Part shown: positions 12,997 through 24,615 of the stretch, piece after piece
How the letters are laid out: each line of letters begins with the position of its first letter
Position numbering within the stretch: the stretch's first letter is position 1
Source: an uncultured Solirubrobacterales bacterium
GTDB lineage: Bacteria > Actinomycetota > Thermoleophilia > Solirubrobacterales > JBBDJG01
DNA: 64,000 nt
Assembly (NCBI GenBank): GCA_963762195.1
Contig: CAVXJX010000006.1
Span: 71,562 to 135,561, forward strand
Direction of reading: 5' to 3'
Program-made: the position numbers and the translations under genes
The notes under the pieces: generated by a model
The model's input: the letters and a program-made list of their open reading frames with translations, nothing else
Told to the model about the DNA's origin: nothing
The model's database searches: none

Positions 12997-13656
12997 GTGA
13001 TGGCAGAAGACGAAAAGGACCAGCAGCCCAACGAGCCGGAAGCCCCGGCCGCGGAAGAGCCTGCGGCCGAGGAGCCCGCGGCCGAAGCGCCTGCCGAGGA
13101 GGCCGAAGCGCCTGCCGAGGAGGCCGAACCGGCCGCAGACGCAGCGCCGGCTGCGGCTCCCGCCGACGAGGCCGAGCCCGCGCCGAAGCTGTCGCCGAAG
13201 GAGCGCCGCCGCGCCAAGCGCTCCCGTGCCGACGGCCCGGGCGGCCCTCCGCGAACGCTCGAGGACCGTCTGCGCGAGCGCGCCGAGGGGCGGGCCCGCA
13301 AGGCCAAGGAGCGCACCCGCTGGCGCGCCAAGCAAAAAACGAAGAGCCGCGCGGCTGCGAGCGCCACTCCGAGTGCCCCACCGGACCAGCCTGCCTCAGC
13401 CCAGGAAAGCGCGGCGCGCAAGACCCGGCAGGGCGTGGTCGTGTCGAGCAAGGCGGACAAGACGATCACCGTGCGCATCGATCGCGTCGCCCGGCACAGG
13501 GTCTACGGGAAGGTCATGCGTGAGACCGGCACCTTGCACGCCCACGACGAGCGCAACGAGGCGAACGAGGGCGACGTCGTGCGCGTCGCCGAAGCGCGTC
13601 CGCTTTCGCGTACGAAGCGCTGGCGGCTGCTCGAGGTCCTGGAGAAGGCCCGGTAG
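12997..13656 (+). CDS. rpsQ: 30S ribosomal protein S17 with a ~140-aa low-complexity N-terminal extension
   Basis: The S17 core is [70 protein letters not shown]. An in-frame acidic Ala/Pro/Glu segment and then a basic segment precede it. Confidence 0.9.
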   Translation: MMAEDEKDQQPNEPEAPAAEEPAAEEPAAEAPAEEAEAPAEEAEPAADAAPAAAPADEAEPAPKLSPKERRRAKRSRADGPGGPPRTLEDRLRERAEGRARKAKERTRWRAKQKTKSRAAASATPSAPPDQPASAQESAARKTRQGVVVSSKADKTITVRIDRVARHRVYGKVMRETGTLHAHDERNEANEGDVVRVAEARPLSRTKRWRLLEVLEKAR

Positions 13657-13662
13657 AGACGA

Positions 13663-14031
13663 GTGATCCAGGCGGAGACACGACTGAAGGTGGCCGACAA
13701 CACCGGCGCGCGAGAGCTGCTTTGCATCCGCGTGAAGGGTGGTTCGCGGCGCCGCTACGCCGGCGTCGGCGACGTGATCGTCGGCACCGTCAAGAGCGCA
13801 ACGCCGCAGGGTGCGGTCAAGAAGGGCGAGGTCGTGCAGGCCGTCGTGGTCCGCACGCGTCGCCAGCTGGGTCGCAAGGACGGGACCTACATCGCCTTCG
13901 ACGAGAACGCTGCCGTATTGATCGACGCCGCCCACAACCCCCGCGGCACACGCATCTTCGGGCCGGTGGCCCGCGAGCTGCGCGAGCGCAACTTCATGAA
14001 GATCGTCTCTCTCGCACCGGAGGTGCTGTAG
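13663..14031 (+). CDS. rplN: 50S ribosomal protein L14 (GTG start)
   Basis: [28 protein letters not shown]... Confidence 0.97.
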   Translation: MIQAETRLKVADNTGARELLCIRVKGGSRRRYAGVGDVIVGTVKSATPQGAVKKGEVVQAVVVRTRRQLGRKDGTYIAFDENAAVLIDAAHNPRGTRIFGPVARELRERNFMKIVSLAPEVL

Positions 14032-14033
14032 CG

Positions 14034-14380
14034 ATGGCCGCCAAGGTACGACGCGGCGACACGGTCGCGGTGATTGCCGGCAAGGACTCCGGCAAGCAGG
14101 GCAAGGTCCTGCGCGTGGACCCGAAGAAGGGCAGGGTCTTCGTGGAAGGCCTCAACATCGTCAAGCGCCATCAGCGCCCGCGATCGCTGAAGGACACGCA
14201 GCGCGGTGACCAAGGTGGGCGGCGTGATCGAGAAGGAGGGCCCGATCCACATCTCGAACGTGATGCTCGTGGACCCGCGCGACAACAAGCCCACGCGCGT
14301 CCGCATCGAGCGAACGGAAGAGGGCAGGCGCGAGCGTGTCACCGTCCTGTCCGGGCCAGAAGCTCCCGGAGTCGAACTGA
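14034..14380 (+). CDS. rplX: 50S ribosomal protein L24; frame change near 14205, and a second one needed before the TGA at 14378-14380
   Basis: [28 protein letters not shown]...KDTQRG (frame 0) continues as [34 protein letters not shown] (frame 1). Frame 1 has no stop and runs into rplE. The TGA of the TGATG overlap with the rplE ATG lies in frame 2. Confidence 0.85.
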
Positions 14381-15122
14381 TGCCTGCGCGACTCAGCGAG
14401 CGATACGAGAGCGAGATCAAGCCGCAGCTGATGGAGCGCTTCGGATACTCGAGCGTCATGCAGGCTCCGCGCGTGCTGAAGATCACGGTCAACATGGGAG
14501 TGGGCGAGGCGAAGCAGGACAACAAGATGCTGGACGCCGCCGCGGAGCAGCTCGCGACGATCGTGGGGCAGAAGCCGGCCGTGCGGCGGGCCAAGAAGTC
14601 GATCGCCGGCTTCAAGCTGCGCGAGGGCATGCCGGTCGGCGTGGTCGCGACGCTGCGGCGGGACCGCATGTGGGAGATGCTCGACCGCCTCCAGTCGATC
14701 GCGATCCCGCGGATCCGCGACTTCCGTGGGCTCAACCCGCGCTCGTTCGACGGCCGCGGCAACTACACGCTCGGTCTGCGCGAGCAGATCATCTTTCCCG
14801 AGATCGACTACGACTCGATCGATCAGGTCCGCGGGCTGAACGTCACGATCACGACGTCGGCAGCCACCGACGACGAGGCCCGCGAGCTCCTGCGGCTGCT
14901 GGGGATGCCTTTCCGCAGCGAGGAGCGCGGGCCGACCGCCGCCGAGGTCCGGCAGGCTCAAGCGCTCGCAGACGAGAAGCGGGCGGCCGAGCAGGCGGCA
15001 GCAGAGCAGCTGAAGGCCGAGCGCGGCGAAACAGACGATGACGAAAGTGATTCGGAAGACGGAGCCTCGGGGGAGGCTCCGAAGGAGCCGAGGGGGGCGA
15101 AGCCCCCCGTGGGAACGAATAG
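14380..15122 (+). CDS. rplE: 50S ribosomal protein L5 with a ~65-aa acidic C-terminal extension; frame change in the C6 run at 15103-15108
   Basis: [44 protein letters not shown]... matches L5. After GMPFRSEE the frame continues as a coding-like acidic tail. As sequenced it overruns rpsN. Adding one C gives ...KPPRGNE followed by TAG at 15120-15122, just before the rpsN RBS. Confidence 0.88.
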
Positions 15123-15128
15123 GAGACC

Positions 15129-15314
15129 ATGGCCAAGACGTCACAGAGAGTCCGCCAGCAGCGCGGGAGCAAGTTCAAGACACGCAACTACAATCGGTGC
15201 CGCCGGTGCGGCCGGTCGCGAGCCTATTACCGGAAGTTCGGCCTGTGCCGCATCTGCCTGCGGGAGATCGCCCACCAGGGCATGATCCCCGGCATGACCA
15301 AGTCCTCCTGGTAA
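15129..15314 (+). CDS. rpsN: 30S ribosomal protein S14, short zinc-binding type Z (61 aa)
   Basis: [23 protein letters not shown] carries CxxC...CxxC. Confidence 0.93.
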   Translation: MAKTSQRVRQQRGSKFKTRNYNRCRRCGRSRAYYRKFGLCRICLREIAHQGMIPGMTKSSW

Positions 15315-15327
15315 CCCTGGACATTTC

Positions 15328-15756
15328 TTGACCGATTCAGTCGCAGACTTCCTGACGCGCCTTCGGAACGCGATCCACGCGGACCACGACGATGTCGTGG
15401 TCCCGGCCTCGCGCATGAACCAGGAGCTCGCGCGCGTGTTGCAGCAGGAGGGCTACGTCCTCGGCTTCGCGGTCGAGACGACGGATCGCCCGCCCGGATC
15501 GCGCAATCACAAGACCACGGCGCAGTTTCAGGCGCTGCGGGTCAAGCTCAAGTACACCGAGGACCGCGAGCCCGTGATCAGCGGCCTGCGGCGCATCTCC
15601 ACGCCCGGTCGCCGCCAGTATGCGAACGCGGATCAGCTCCCCCGGGTGCAGGGCGGCATGGGCACGGCGATCCTGACGACCTCCAAGGGCGTGATGACCG
15701 CCTACCAGGCGCGCAACGAGCGCGTCGGCGGCGAGGTCCTGGCACACATCTGGTGA
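15328..15756 (+). CDS. rpsH: 30S ribosomal protein S8 (TTG start)
   Basis: [13 protein letters not shown]...[15 protein letters not shown]...GGEVLAHIW. Confidence 0.95.
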   Translation: MTDSVADFLTRLRNAIHADHDDVVVPASRMNQELARVLQQEGYVLGFAVETTDRPPGSRNHKTTAQFQALRVKLKYTEDREPVISGLRRISTPGRRQYANADQLPRVQGGMGTAILTTSKGVMTAYQARNERVGGEVLAHIW

Positions 15757-15772
15757 CGGAGGCGATCTCCCC

Positions 15773-16306
15773 TTGAGCAGGATCGGCAGGCTTCCCATCC
15801 AGATACCCGACGGAGTCGAGGTACAGATCAATCCTGGGCTCGTCCGCGTGGAAGGCCCGAGAGGGCGGCTCGAGCAGGCCGTCTCGCCCGACCTGTCGTT
15901 CGAACGCGAGGACTCCCAACTCGTGGTCAAGCGCCCGACCGACCGCGGCGAGCACCGCGCGCTGCACGGTCTCACGCGCAGCCTCGTCAGCAACATGGTC
16001 GAAGGGGTCACGAACGGGTTCGAGAAGCGGCTCGAGATCCAGGGCGTCGGATACCGCGCCCAGCTGAAAGGTGCGACGCTGGAGTTGGCGCTCGGCTTCT
16101 CCCACCCCGTGCGCATCGACGCGCCCGAGGGGATCGAGTTCGAGGTCCCGGTGCCCACACAGGTGATCGTGCGCGGCATCGACAAGCAGGCTGTCGGCGA
16201 GGTTGCCGCGCGCATCCGCAAGTTCCGCCCGCCGGAGCCGTACAAGGGCAAGGGCGTGCGCTACGTGGGCGAGCACGTTGCCCGGAAGGTGGGCAAGCGC
16301 GCATGA
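15773..16306 (+). CDS. rplF: 50S ribosomal protein L6 (TTG start)
   Basis: [16 protein letters not shown]...[14 protein letters not shown]. Confidence 0.95.
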   Translation: MSRIGRLPIQIPDGVEVQINPGLVRVEGPRGRLEQAVSPDLSFEREDSQLVVKRPTDRGEHRALHGLTRSLVSNMVEGVTNGFEKRLEIQGVGYRAQLKGATLELALGFSHPVRIDAPEGIEFEVPVPTQVIVRGIDKQAVGEVAARIRKFRPPEPYKGKGVRYVGEHVARKVGKRA

Positions 16307-16662
16307 CGACCGCGACCATCGAGAAGCGCGCGCGCCGCGACCGGCGCCGCACGCGCATCCGCGCCCGCGCGATCGGCACCGCCGAGCGTCCGCGGCTGTC
16401 CGTCTTTCGCTCGAACCGGGGTCTGGTTGCCCAGCTGGTCGATGACGATCGCGGACACACCGTTGCCTCCGTACGGTGGTTCGAGCCGGACCTGCGCGAC
16501 CTCAAGGCGATGGACCAGGCCAAGCGCGTCGGAGAGCTGCTGGCACAGAGGGCGAGCGAGGCTGGCGTCGAGGCGTGCGTCTTCGATCGCGGCGGTTACA
16601 AGTACCACGGGCGCGTGAAAGCGCTTGCCGAAGGCGCCCGGGAGGGCGGCCTGAAGTTTTGA
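16303..16662 (+). CDS. rplR: 50S ribosomal protein L18
   Basis: [20 protein letters not shown]...[24 protein letters not shown]. It overlaps rplF by 4 nt. Confidence 0.95.
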   Translation: MTTATIEKRARRDRRRTRIRARAIGTAERPRLSVFRSNRGLVAQLVDDDRGHTVASVRWFEPDLRDLKAMDQAKRVGELLAQRASEAGVEACVFDRGGYKYHGRVKALAEGAREGGLKF

Positions 16663-16691
16663 CCAGCAACCCCCTTTAGTACCCTCACCAA

Positions 16692-17261
16692 ATGGCCCGC
16701 GACGATCGCATCAACCCCCAGGGACTCGACCTGCAAGAGCGGGTCGTCGCCATCAACCGTGTCGCGAAGGTGGTCAAGGGCGGCCGGCGCTTCTCTTTCA
16801 CCGCGCTGGTCGTGGTGGGCGACGAGGACCAGATCGTCGGCGTCGGGTACGGCAAGGCCAACGAGGTACCGCTCGCGATCCAGAAGGCCGTCGAGCGCGG
16901 CAAGAAGAGCCTGTTCCGCGTGCCGAAGCACCATCAGACGATCACCCATCAGATCGTCGGCCGCTACGGCTCCGGGCAGGTACTGCTGAAGCCCGCCTCG
17001 GAGGGAACCGGCGTGATCGCCGGTGGCCCGGTCCGGGCCGTGCTCGAGCTCGCCGGCATCAAGGACGTGCTTTCAAAGAGCCTCGGTACTCAGAACCCGA
17101 TCAATCTCGTGAAGGCGACGGTCGAAGGACTGCGCGGGCTGAAGCGCCCCGAGGAGATCGCCGCGCTGCGCGGCAAGACCGTCGCGCAGGTGCTCGGCCT
17201 GGAGGAGCGGCCCGCCGTGACCGCGGAAGTCAGCGCGGCTCCCGTGGCCGCCGCGGAGTAG
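16692..17261 (+). CDS. rpsE: 30S ribosomal protein S5
   Basis: [28 protein letters not shown]...[15 protein letters not shown]. Confidence 0.95.
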   Translation: MARDDRINPQGLDLQERVVAINRVAKVVKGGRRFSFTALVVVGDEDQIVGVGYGKANEVPLAIQKAVERGKKSLFRVPKHHQTITHQIVGRYGSGQVLLKPASEGTGVIAGGPVRAVLELAGIKDVLSKSLGTQNPINLVKATVEGLRGLKRPEEIAALRGKTVAQVLGLEERPAVTAEVSAAPVAAAE

Positions 17262-17266
17262 TTGGC

Positions 17267-17458
17267 ATGGCCTCGAAGCTGGTCATCAAGCAGCGCCGCA
17301 GCTCCAACGGGACGAACCGGCCCCAGCGTGAGACGTTGCGCACCCTCGGACTGCACGGCATCGGCACCTCGTCAGAGCGAAACGACGGTCCCGCGCTGCG
17401 GGGCCTGATACGCCGCGTGGCGCACCTCGTCGAGGTTCAGGAAGCTCCGAATGCCTGA
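17267..17458 (+). CDS. rpmD: 50S ribosomal protein L30
   Basis: KLVIKQRRSSNG.NRPQRETLRTLGL, and position between rpsE and rplO. Confidence 0.9.
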   Translation: MASKLVIKQRRSSNGTNRPQRETLRTLGLHGIGTSSERNDGPALRGLIRRVAHLVEVQEAPNA

Positions 17459-17947
17459 CGACGCGAACATCGGCCTCCACACACTCGCGCCGCCGCGCGG
17501 CGCACGCAAGGCCCGCAAGCGCGTGGGCCGGGGCGAGGGCTCCGGTTACGGCAAGACTTCGGGGCGCGGCCAGGGCGGCGCCGGGTCCCGCTCGGGCAGC
17601 AAGCGCAAGGCCGGGTACGAGGGCGGCCAGATCCCGCTGCACATGCGCATGCGCAAGCTGCGCGGCCCGCACATGAAGAAGTCCATGCCCTTCGAGCCGT
17701 TTCGCACGCACAACCAGCCCGTCAACCTCACCGACCTGAACCGGTTCGAGGACGGCGCCGAGGTGACGCCCGAGACGCTCCGCGCGCGCGGCCTGGCAAC
17801 GCGCAAGGAAACACCCGTGAAGATCCTCGCCCGCGGTGAGGTTCAACGCAAGAACCTCGTCGTGTCGGCCCACTCCTTCAGCGCCAAGGCGCGCGAGGCG
17901 ATCGAGGGCGCCGGGGGGACCTGCACGATCGTCGAGACGAAGCAGCC

Positions 17948-17969
<22 letters not shown>
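17451..17969 (+). CDS. rplO: 50S ribosomal protein L15
   Basis: RKRVGRGEGSGYGKTSGRGQGG...GGQIPLHMR. Confidence 0.94.
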
Positions 17970-19237
<1,268 letters not shown>

Positions 19238-19244
19238 CCCGGCT

Positions 19245-19913
19245 GTGCCCGAGCTGAACCTCATACTGCTCGGTCCGCCCGGCGCCGGCAAAGGGACCCA
19301 GGCGGAGCGCCTCGTGGAGGACTTCGGTCTTCCGTACGTCGCCACGGGCAACCTCCTGCGCACGGCCGTGACCGATCAGACCGAGCTGGGCCTGAAGGCC
19401 AAGGAGTACATGGACCGTGGCGACCTGGTCCCCGACGACCTGATCATCGCGATGATCCTGCAGTACCTGGAGGACCAGGACACACGCAACGGCTTCATCC
19501 TGGACGGGTTTCCGCGCACCGGCGGCCAGGCCGAGGCGCTCGAGAAAGAGCTCGACAAGCGGGGCCGCTCGCTATCGGCTGCGTTGCTGATGGAGGTCGA
19601 CGAGGGCACGGTCGTCGACCGCCTTTCCGGTCGGCGCATGTGCGTCAAAGGCCAGCACAACTTCCACCTCAAGTTCGATCCTCCCAAGCACCCGGAACGG
19701 TGCGACATGGATGGCAGCCGCCTGGTGCAGCGCGACGACGACAAGCCTGAGGTGATCCAGCACCGCCTCCAGCAGTACCGCGAAAAGACCGAGCCGCTGG
19801 TCGAGTACTACGACCGCAAGGGGATGCTGCGGCGCATCGACGCCTCGCGCGATCCCGAGAAGGTGAGCGACCAGATCCGAGCTACGCTTGCCAGTCTGAG
19901 GTTCGAGGATTGA
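19245..19913 (+). CDS. adk: Adenylate kinase (GTG start)
   Basis: LLGPPGAGKGTQAERL..., GFILDGFPRT..QAEAL. Confidence 0.96.
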   Translation: MPELNLILLGPPGAGKGTQAERLVEDFGLPYVATGNLLRTAVTDQTELGLKAKEYMDRGDLVPDDLIIAMILQYLEDQDTRNGFILDGFPRTGGQAEALEKELDKRGRSLSAALLMEVDEGTVVDRLSGRRMCVKGQHNFHLKFDPPKHPERCDMDGSRLVQRDDDKPEVIQHRLQQYREKTEPLVEYYDRKGMLRRIDASRDPEKVSDQIRATLASLRFED

Positions 19914-20683
19914 TCGTTCGTAAGACGCCAGATGAGATCGAGGTCATGGCCGAGGCAGGCGACATCGTGGCCGGATGCCTCGCGATGCTGCGTGCGATGT
20001 GCCGCCCGGGCGTCACGACGGCCGAGCTCGACAGTGCCGGCGACAAGTTCATCCGGGCACGCGGCGGCGAGCCGGCGTTCAAGGGCTACCGTGGCTTCCC
20101 CGCCTCGATCTGCACCTCTCCCAACTCGATGGTGGTCCACGGCATCCCGGGCGACTACGAGCTGGCGTCGGGAGACGTGCTTTCGATTGACGTCGGCGTC
20201 GAGTACGAGGGGTGGGTGGCCGACGCCGCGCTGACGGTGGCGCTGCGCCCCGTCACCCCGACCGCGTCGCGCCTGCTGAAGGCCACGCGGGAGTCGCTGG
20301 AGGTCGCGACGGAGCAGGCCGTGCCGGGGAACCGGCTGGGCGACGTGTCCCATGCCGTGCAGGAGCGCGTCGAGGCCGACGGCCTGTCGGTGATCCGCTC
20401 CCTCGTCGGCCACGGGATCGGCCGCCAGATGCACGAGGACCCGCAGGTGCCCAACTTCGGCGAGCCGGGGCGGGGCATGGTGCTCGAGGAGGGCATGGTC
20501 TTCTGCGTGGAACCGATGGTTTGCGCCGGCGGGCACGCGGTCCGCATGGGGGACGACAACTGGGCCATCTATTCCCAGGACGGTTCCCTCACGGCCCATT
20601 TCGAGCACACGATCGCCGTGACCGCCGAGGGCCCCCGGATCCTCACTCCCTGGCACCTGAAGGAAGATCGCGCTGCAGCCTGA
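19910..20683 (+). CDS. map: Methionine aminopeptidase type I (TTG start, 4-nt overlap with adk)
   Basis: GYRGFPASICTSPNSMVVHGIP, DVGVEYEGWVADAA, GHGIGRQMHE, EPM, HFEHT. Confidence 0.95.
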   Translation: MIVRKTPDEIEVMAEAGDIVAGCLAMLRAMCRPGVTTAELDSAGDKFIRARGGEPAFKGYRGFPASICTSPNSMVVHGIPGDYELASGDVLSIDVGVEYEGWVADAALTVALRPVTPTASRLLKATRESLEVATEQAVPGNRLGDVSHAVQERVEADGLSVIRSLVGHGIGRQMHEDPQVPNFGEPGRGMVLEEGMVFCVEPMVCAGGHAVRMGDDNWAIYSQDGSLTAHFEHTIAVTAEGPRILTPWHLKEDRAAA

Positions 20684-20809
20684 AAAAAGCGTGGCTCTGC
20701 TAGCATCTCCGGGTCGCGCTCGGCGTCTTTTCGAGCCGCGAAGTAGGGCTCGCCGGTCCATCTCCTGGGATTGGCAGGGCTATCTCTCGAGAAGAATCGG
20801 ACGGTCGTC

Positions 20810-20923
20810 GTGAAGGTACGCGCCTCGGTAAAGCCCATGTGCGAGAAGTGCAAGGTGATCCGCCGGCGCGGGGTGGTGCTGATCATCTGCCAGAACCCAC
20901 GGCATAAACAGCGGCAAGGCTAG
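20810..20923 (+). CDS. rpmJ: 50S ribosomal protein L36 (GTG start, 37 aa; absent from the ORF track)
   Basis: Hand translation gives [37 protein letters not shown], followed by a stop codon. Confidence 0.9.
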   Translation: MKVRASVKPMCEKCKVIRRRGVVLIICQNPRHKQRQG

Positions 20924-20925
20924 GT

Positions 20926-21306
20926 ATGGCAAGAATCGCGGGGGTCAACATCCCCCTCAACAAGCGAATCGAGATCGGGCTCACCTCAATTTTCGGGGTG
21001 GGTCGCTCGCGCTCCAACGAGGTGCTGAAGAAGACGGGCATCCCGGCAGACCGGTACGTCAAGGACCTGACCGACGACGAGGTCATCAAGCTTCGCGAAG
21101 CGATCGACAACGATCTCGTGGTCGAAGGGGACCTGCGGCGCGAGCGCTCGCAGGACATCAAGCGACTGACCGAGACCGGCACATACCGGGGGACGCGTCA
21201 CCGGCGCGGCCTTCCGGTGCGCGGCCAGCGGACGAAGACAAATGCGCGCGGCCGCAAGGGCCCGCGGCGCGGGCAGGTCGCCCAGAAGAAGAAGGTCTCC
21301 AAATGA
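20926..21306 (+). CDS. rpsM: 30S ribosomal protein S13
   Basis: [28 protein letters not shown]...[22 protein letters not shown]. Confidence 0.96.
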   Translation: MARIAGVNIPLNKRIEIGLTSIFGVGRSRSNEVLKKTGIPADRYVKDLTDDEVIKLREAIDNDLVVEGDLRRERSQDIKRLTETGTYRGTRHRRGLPVRGQRTKTNARGRKGPRRGQVAQKKKVSK

Positions 21307-21329
21307 GCCGGAAGGGGATCGCCTAACCC

Positions 21330-21728
21330 ATGCCGCAGGCAAGACCCGGACGGCCACGAGGCCGGCGCCGTGTGCGCAAGAACATTCCCGTGGGCCAGGC
21401 CCACATCAAGACGTCCTTCAACAACACGATCGTCACCCTGACCGACCGCGAGGGCAATGTCATCGCATGGGAGTCGGCCGGGGGCGCCGGGTTCAAAGGA
21501 TCACGCAAGTCGACGCCCTTCGCCGCGCAGGTGACTGCCGAGGCGGCCGCACGGAAGGGCATGGAGCACGGCCTGCAGAAGGTCGAGTGCCACGTGAAGG
21601 GCCCCGGCTCGGGACGCGAGACCGCGATTCGGTCACTGCAGGCGGCCGGGCTCGAGGTAACCGGTGTGAAGGACGTGACCCCGCAGGCCCACAACGGCTG
21701 CCGCCCGCGCAAGCGCCGGCGGGTCTGA
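21330..21728 (+). CDS. rpsK: 30S ribosomal protein S11
   Basis: [21 protein letters not shown]...[14 protein letters not shown]...[12 protein letters not shown]. Confidence 0.96.
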   Translation: MPQARPGRPRGRRRVRKNIPVGQAHIKTSFNNTIVTLTDREGNVIAWESAGGAGFKGSRKSTPFAAQVTAEAAARKGMEHGLQKVECHVKGPGSGRETAIRSLQAAGLEVTGVKDVTPQAHNGCRPRKRRRV

Positions 21729-21748
21729 CCCAGAGGCTTATCCAGACC

Positions 21749-22369
21749 ATGGCAAGAGACATCGGACCACAGTGCAAGCAGTGCCGTCGCGAGGGCCAGA
21801 AGCTGTTCCTCAAGGGCGAGCGCTGCCTGACGGACAAGTGCGCGGTGGAGAAGCGCCCGTATCCGCCCGGGGATCACGGCCGTGGCCGCGTGCGGGCCTC
21901 CGAGTACCGCCATCAGCTGCGCGAGAAGCAGAAGGCGCGCCGCTACTACCAGGTGCTCGAGAAGCAGTTCCGCAACTACTACTTCAAGGCCAGCCGGCAG
22001 GCGGGCGTGACGGGCGAGAACCTGCTGCGCCTGCTCGAACGCCGGCTCGACAACGTGCTCGTGCGGCTGGGCTTCGCGGCCTCGCGGCGGCAGGCGCGCC
22101 AGCTCGTCAACCACGGCCACTTCCTGGTCAACGGGCGGCGAGTGAACGTGCCGTCGTACCAGGTCAAGCCCGGCGAGATCATCTCGGTCCGGGAGAGCTC
22201 GAGTGCGATCCCGCTGATCCGTGAGGCCACGGAGGGGACCGCGACCGTTCCGGCCTGGCTGCAGGCCGACTACGACTCGCTGACTGCGAACGTGCTGCGG
22301 CTCCCTGAGCGGGACGAGATCAGCGCTCCCGTGCAAGAACAGCTCATCGTCGAGTTGTACTCAAAGTAG
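21749..22369 (+). CDS. rpsD: 30S ribosomal protein S4
   Basis: [26 protein letters not shown]...[38 protein letters not shown]. Confidence 0.96.
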   Translation: MARDIGPQCKQCRREGQKLFLKGERCLTDKCAVEKRPYPPGDHGRGRVRASEYRHQLREKQKARRYYQVLEKQFRNYYFKASRQAGVTGENLLRLLERRLDNVLVRLGFAASRRQARQLVNHGHFLVNGRRVNVPSYQVKPGEIISVRESSSAIPLIREATEGTATVPAWLQADYDSLTANVLRLPERDEISAPVQEQLIVELYSK

Positions 22370-22452
22370 GTCCTTCGGCCAACCCGTTCGCGGGCATGAC
22401 CGCGAACGCACTGTTTTTCTACGCCACACCTTCCAGTTCGGAGGAACATCAC

Positions 22453-23418
22453 ATGTTGGACTTTCAGATTCCCAAGATCACAGCCGAGCAGATCCAGGAC
22501 AACAAGGGCAGCTTCACGGTCGAGCCACTCGACCGCGGTTTCGGCTACACGTTCGGCAACTCCCTGCGCCGCGTGCTGCTGTCGTCCCTCGTGGGCGCAG
22601 CCGTCACATCCGTGCGCATCGAGGGGGTGGCACACGAGTTCTCGACGATCAAGGGAGTGAAGGAGGACGTCACCGACATCGTGCTCAACCTCAAGGACGT
22701 CGTGTGCCGGATGCACACGGACGCGGGAGAGGTCGAGGCCCCACTGATCGCCACCGGCCCGGGCGAGATCACGGCTCGTGACATCGATCTGCCCTCCGGT
22801 GTCGAGATCCTGAACCCGGACGCGCACATCGCGACGCTCGAGAAGAAGGCGAAGCTCGAGGTCTACCTGACGATCGGGCGGGGGCGCGGTTACCGCCCCG
22901 CGGAGGGCAACAAGTCCGATGACCAGCCGATCGGCGTGATCCCGATCGACTCGATCTTCTCACCTGTTCGGAGGGTGAACTACAACGTCGAGGCGGCGCG
23001 CGTCGGCCAGCGGACCGACTTCGACAAGCTCACGCTCGACATCGAGACCGACGGGTCCGTCGACCCGCAGGCGGCGCTTCGCGAGGCGGCCGAGGTCCTG
23101 ATCCAGAGTCTCTCGATCTTCACCGATCCGAGCCGCATCGAGGGCCTGCGACTGCCGCCAGGTGATGGTGGCGGTGAGGTGACCGGTGGACTCGCGGCCG
23201 TCCCGGCCGCCGACGGGATGGACGACATCCTGATCGAGGAGCTGGAGCTTGGGGTGCGCTCCTACAACTGCCTGAAGCGCGCGGGCATCCAGACGATCGG
23301 AGATCTGGTGCTCAAGTCCGAGAACGAGCTCAGCGCGATCCCGAACTTCGGGCGCAAGAGCATCGAAGAGGTCAAGGAGACCTTGCGCGTGCGTGGCCTG
23401 GGCCTCAGGGACGATTAG
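22453..23418 (+). CDS. rpoA: DNA-directed RNA polymerase alpha subunit
   Basis: GSFTVEPLDRGFGYTFGNSLRRVLLSS and C-terminal ELELGVRSYNCLKRAGI.TIGDL. A GGAGGAA RBS precedes the ATG at 22453. Confidence 0.96.
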   Translation: MLDFQIPKITAEQIQDNKGSFTVEPLDRGFGYTFGNSLRRVLLSSLVGAAVTSVRIEGVAHEFSTIKGVKEDVTDIVLNLKDVVCRMHTDAGEVEAPLIATGPGEITARDIDLPSGVEILNPDAHIATLEKKAKLEVYLTIGRGRGYRPAEGNKSDDQPIGVIPIDSIFSPVRRVNYNVEAARVGQRTDFDKLTLDIETDGSVDPQAALREAAEVLIQSLSIFTDPSRIEGLRLPPGDGGGEVTGGLAAVPAADGMDDILIEELELGVRSYNCLKRAGIQTIGDLVLKSENELSAIPNFGRKSIEEVKETLRVRGLGLRDD

Positions 23419-23439
23419 GGCTGACTAGACTGCCCAGCG

Positions 23440-23794
23440 ATGCGCCACCAGAAGAAACGGAACAAGCTCTCCCGCGACGCCGGGCATCGCAAGGCGCTGA
23501 TCCGCAACCTCTGCGCGCAGGTGCTCCAGCACGAGCGAGTGGAGACTTCGCAGGCCAAGGCCAAGGTGATCAAGCCGGAGGTCGAGAAGTTGATCACCCT
23601 GGCCAAGCGGGGTGACCTGCACGCTCGGCGCCAGGCGCTGGCGCAGCTGAACCAGGACAAGTTCGTGGTCCACAAGCTGTTCGAGGAGATTGCCCCTCGG
23701 TACGTGGATCGGCCTGGGGGGTACACGCGGATCTTGAAGCTGGGGCCGCGGCGAGTCCGATTCGACTGAGATGGTCTATCTCGAGCTCGTGTAG
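23440..23794 (+). CDS. rplQ: 50S ribosomal protein L17; frame change near 23750
   Basis: MRHQKKRNKLSRDAGHRKALIRNL...GGYTRILKLGPRR, then the conserved tail ..DSTEMVYLELV* in the adjacent frame (TAG 23792-23794). Confidence 0.88.
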
Positions 23795-23806
23795 CGCTCG
23801 GCCTAC

Positions 23807-23857
23807 GGGGGAGGGCCTGTTACTGACTCTATTGGAGTCAGTATCGGACCCTCCCCC
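23807..23857 (+). terminator. Long composite hairpin after rplQ: outer GGGGGAGGGCC / GGACCCTCCCCC, inner TACTGACTC / GAGTCAGTA
   Basis: The arms were read directly. The inner 9-bp stem is perfect and the outer stem has one bulge. Confidence 0.5.
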
Positions 23858-23870
23858 TGCGGCCGTCACG

Positions 23871-24607
23871 TTGACCGTCCTTCAAGCTCACACTCGAGTA
23901 CCACGGCGCGGGTTTCAAGGGGTGGGCGTTCCAACCTGGTCTTCGTACGGTCGAGGGCGTGCTCTCGGACGCGTTGGAGAAACTGCTCCCTACCCCACCT
24001 AGCCTTTCGGTCGCGGGGCGCACGGATACGGGCGTTCATGCTCGGGGCCAGGTGGTCAGCTTCTCTTGTGGGGAGGAGGTGGAGACTGGGGAGCTTCTGC
24101 GGTCTCTGAACGGCATCCTGCCTCACGACGTGTCCGTCGATCGACGTCGAGCAGGCGCCTGACGACTTCGATGCGCGGCGCGATGCTCGGTCGCGGACGT
24201 ACTGCTATCGGGTGCTGGCGCGGCCGGCACCAAGTCCGTTCATGCGAGATCGGGCGCTGTGGTGGTCGCACGCGCTCGACTTCGACGTGCTCGAATGGTG
24301 CGCGGCGGCTCTTCCGGGAACGCACGACTTCACTGCCTTCACTCCCACGCAGACCGAGCACGTCCGCTTCGAGCGGACCGTCTTCCGAGCCGAGTGGCGC
24401 CGCGACCGTGACCTGCTCGAGTTCTGGATCGAGGCGGATGCGTTCATGCGACACATGGTCCGTGTGCTGGTCGGGACGATGCTCGAGGTGACGGGGGGCC
24501 GGCGACACCCCGAGCAGTTCGTGTCCCTTCTGTCCGGCGCGCCGCGGTCACAGGCCGGGCCTACGGCGGAGGCCCACGGCTTGTCCCTCGAGCACGTCCG
24601 GTACTGA
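23871..24607 (+). CDS. truA: tRNA pseudouridine(38-40) synthase; TTG start; two 1-nt insertions (~23880 and ~24139)
   Basis: FKLTLEYHGAGFKGWAFQPGLRTVEGVL...SLSVAGRTDTGVHARGQVVSF... in one frame, IDVEQAPDDFDARRDARSRTYCYRV...HDFTAFTP in the next. The TTG start is one frame upstream. Confidence 0.85.
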
Positions 24608-24615
24608 CGCCCTCG

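Noticed and set aside
14206-15285. Apparent 359-aa L24-L5-(S14-overlapping) fusion ORF, and the 439-aa ORF at 13722-15041.
   Set aside because: They are artefacts of missing frame corrections. The TGATG coupling site at 14378-14382 and the TAG at 15120-15122 before the rpsN RBS mark the true gene ends.
20760-20812. Possible infA remnant just upstream of rpmJ (translation ...[10 protein letters not shown]).
   Set aside because: Resemblance to the IF-1 C-terminus (..LTRGRI.YR..) is limited to two or three residues. It is too weak to call a pseudogene.
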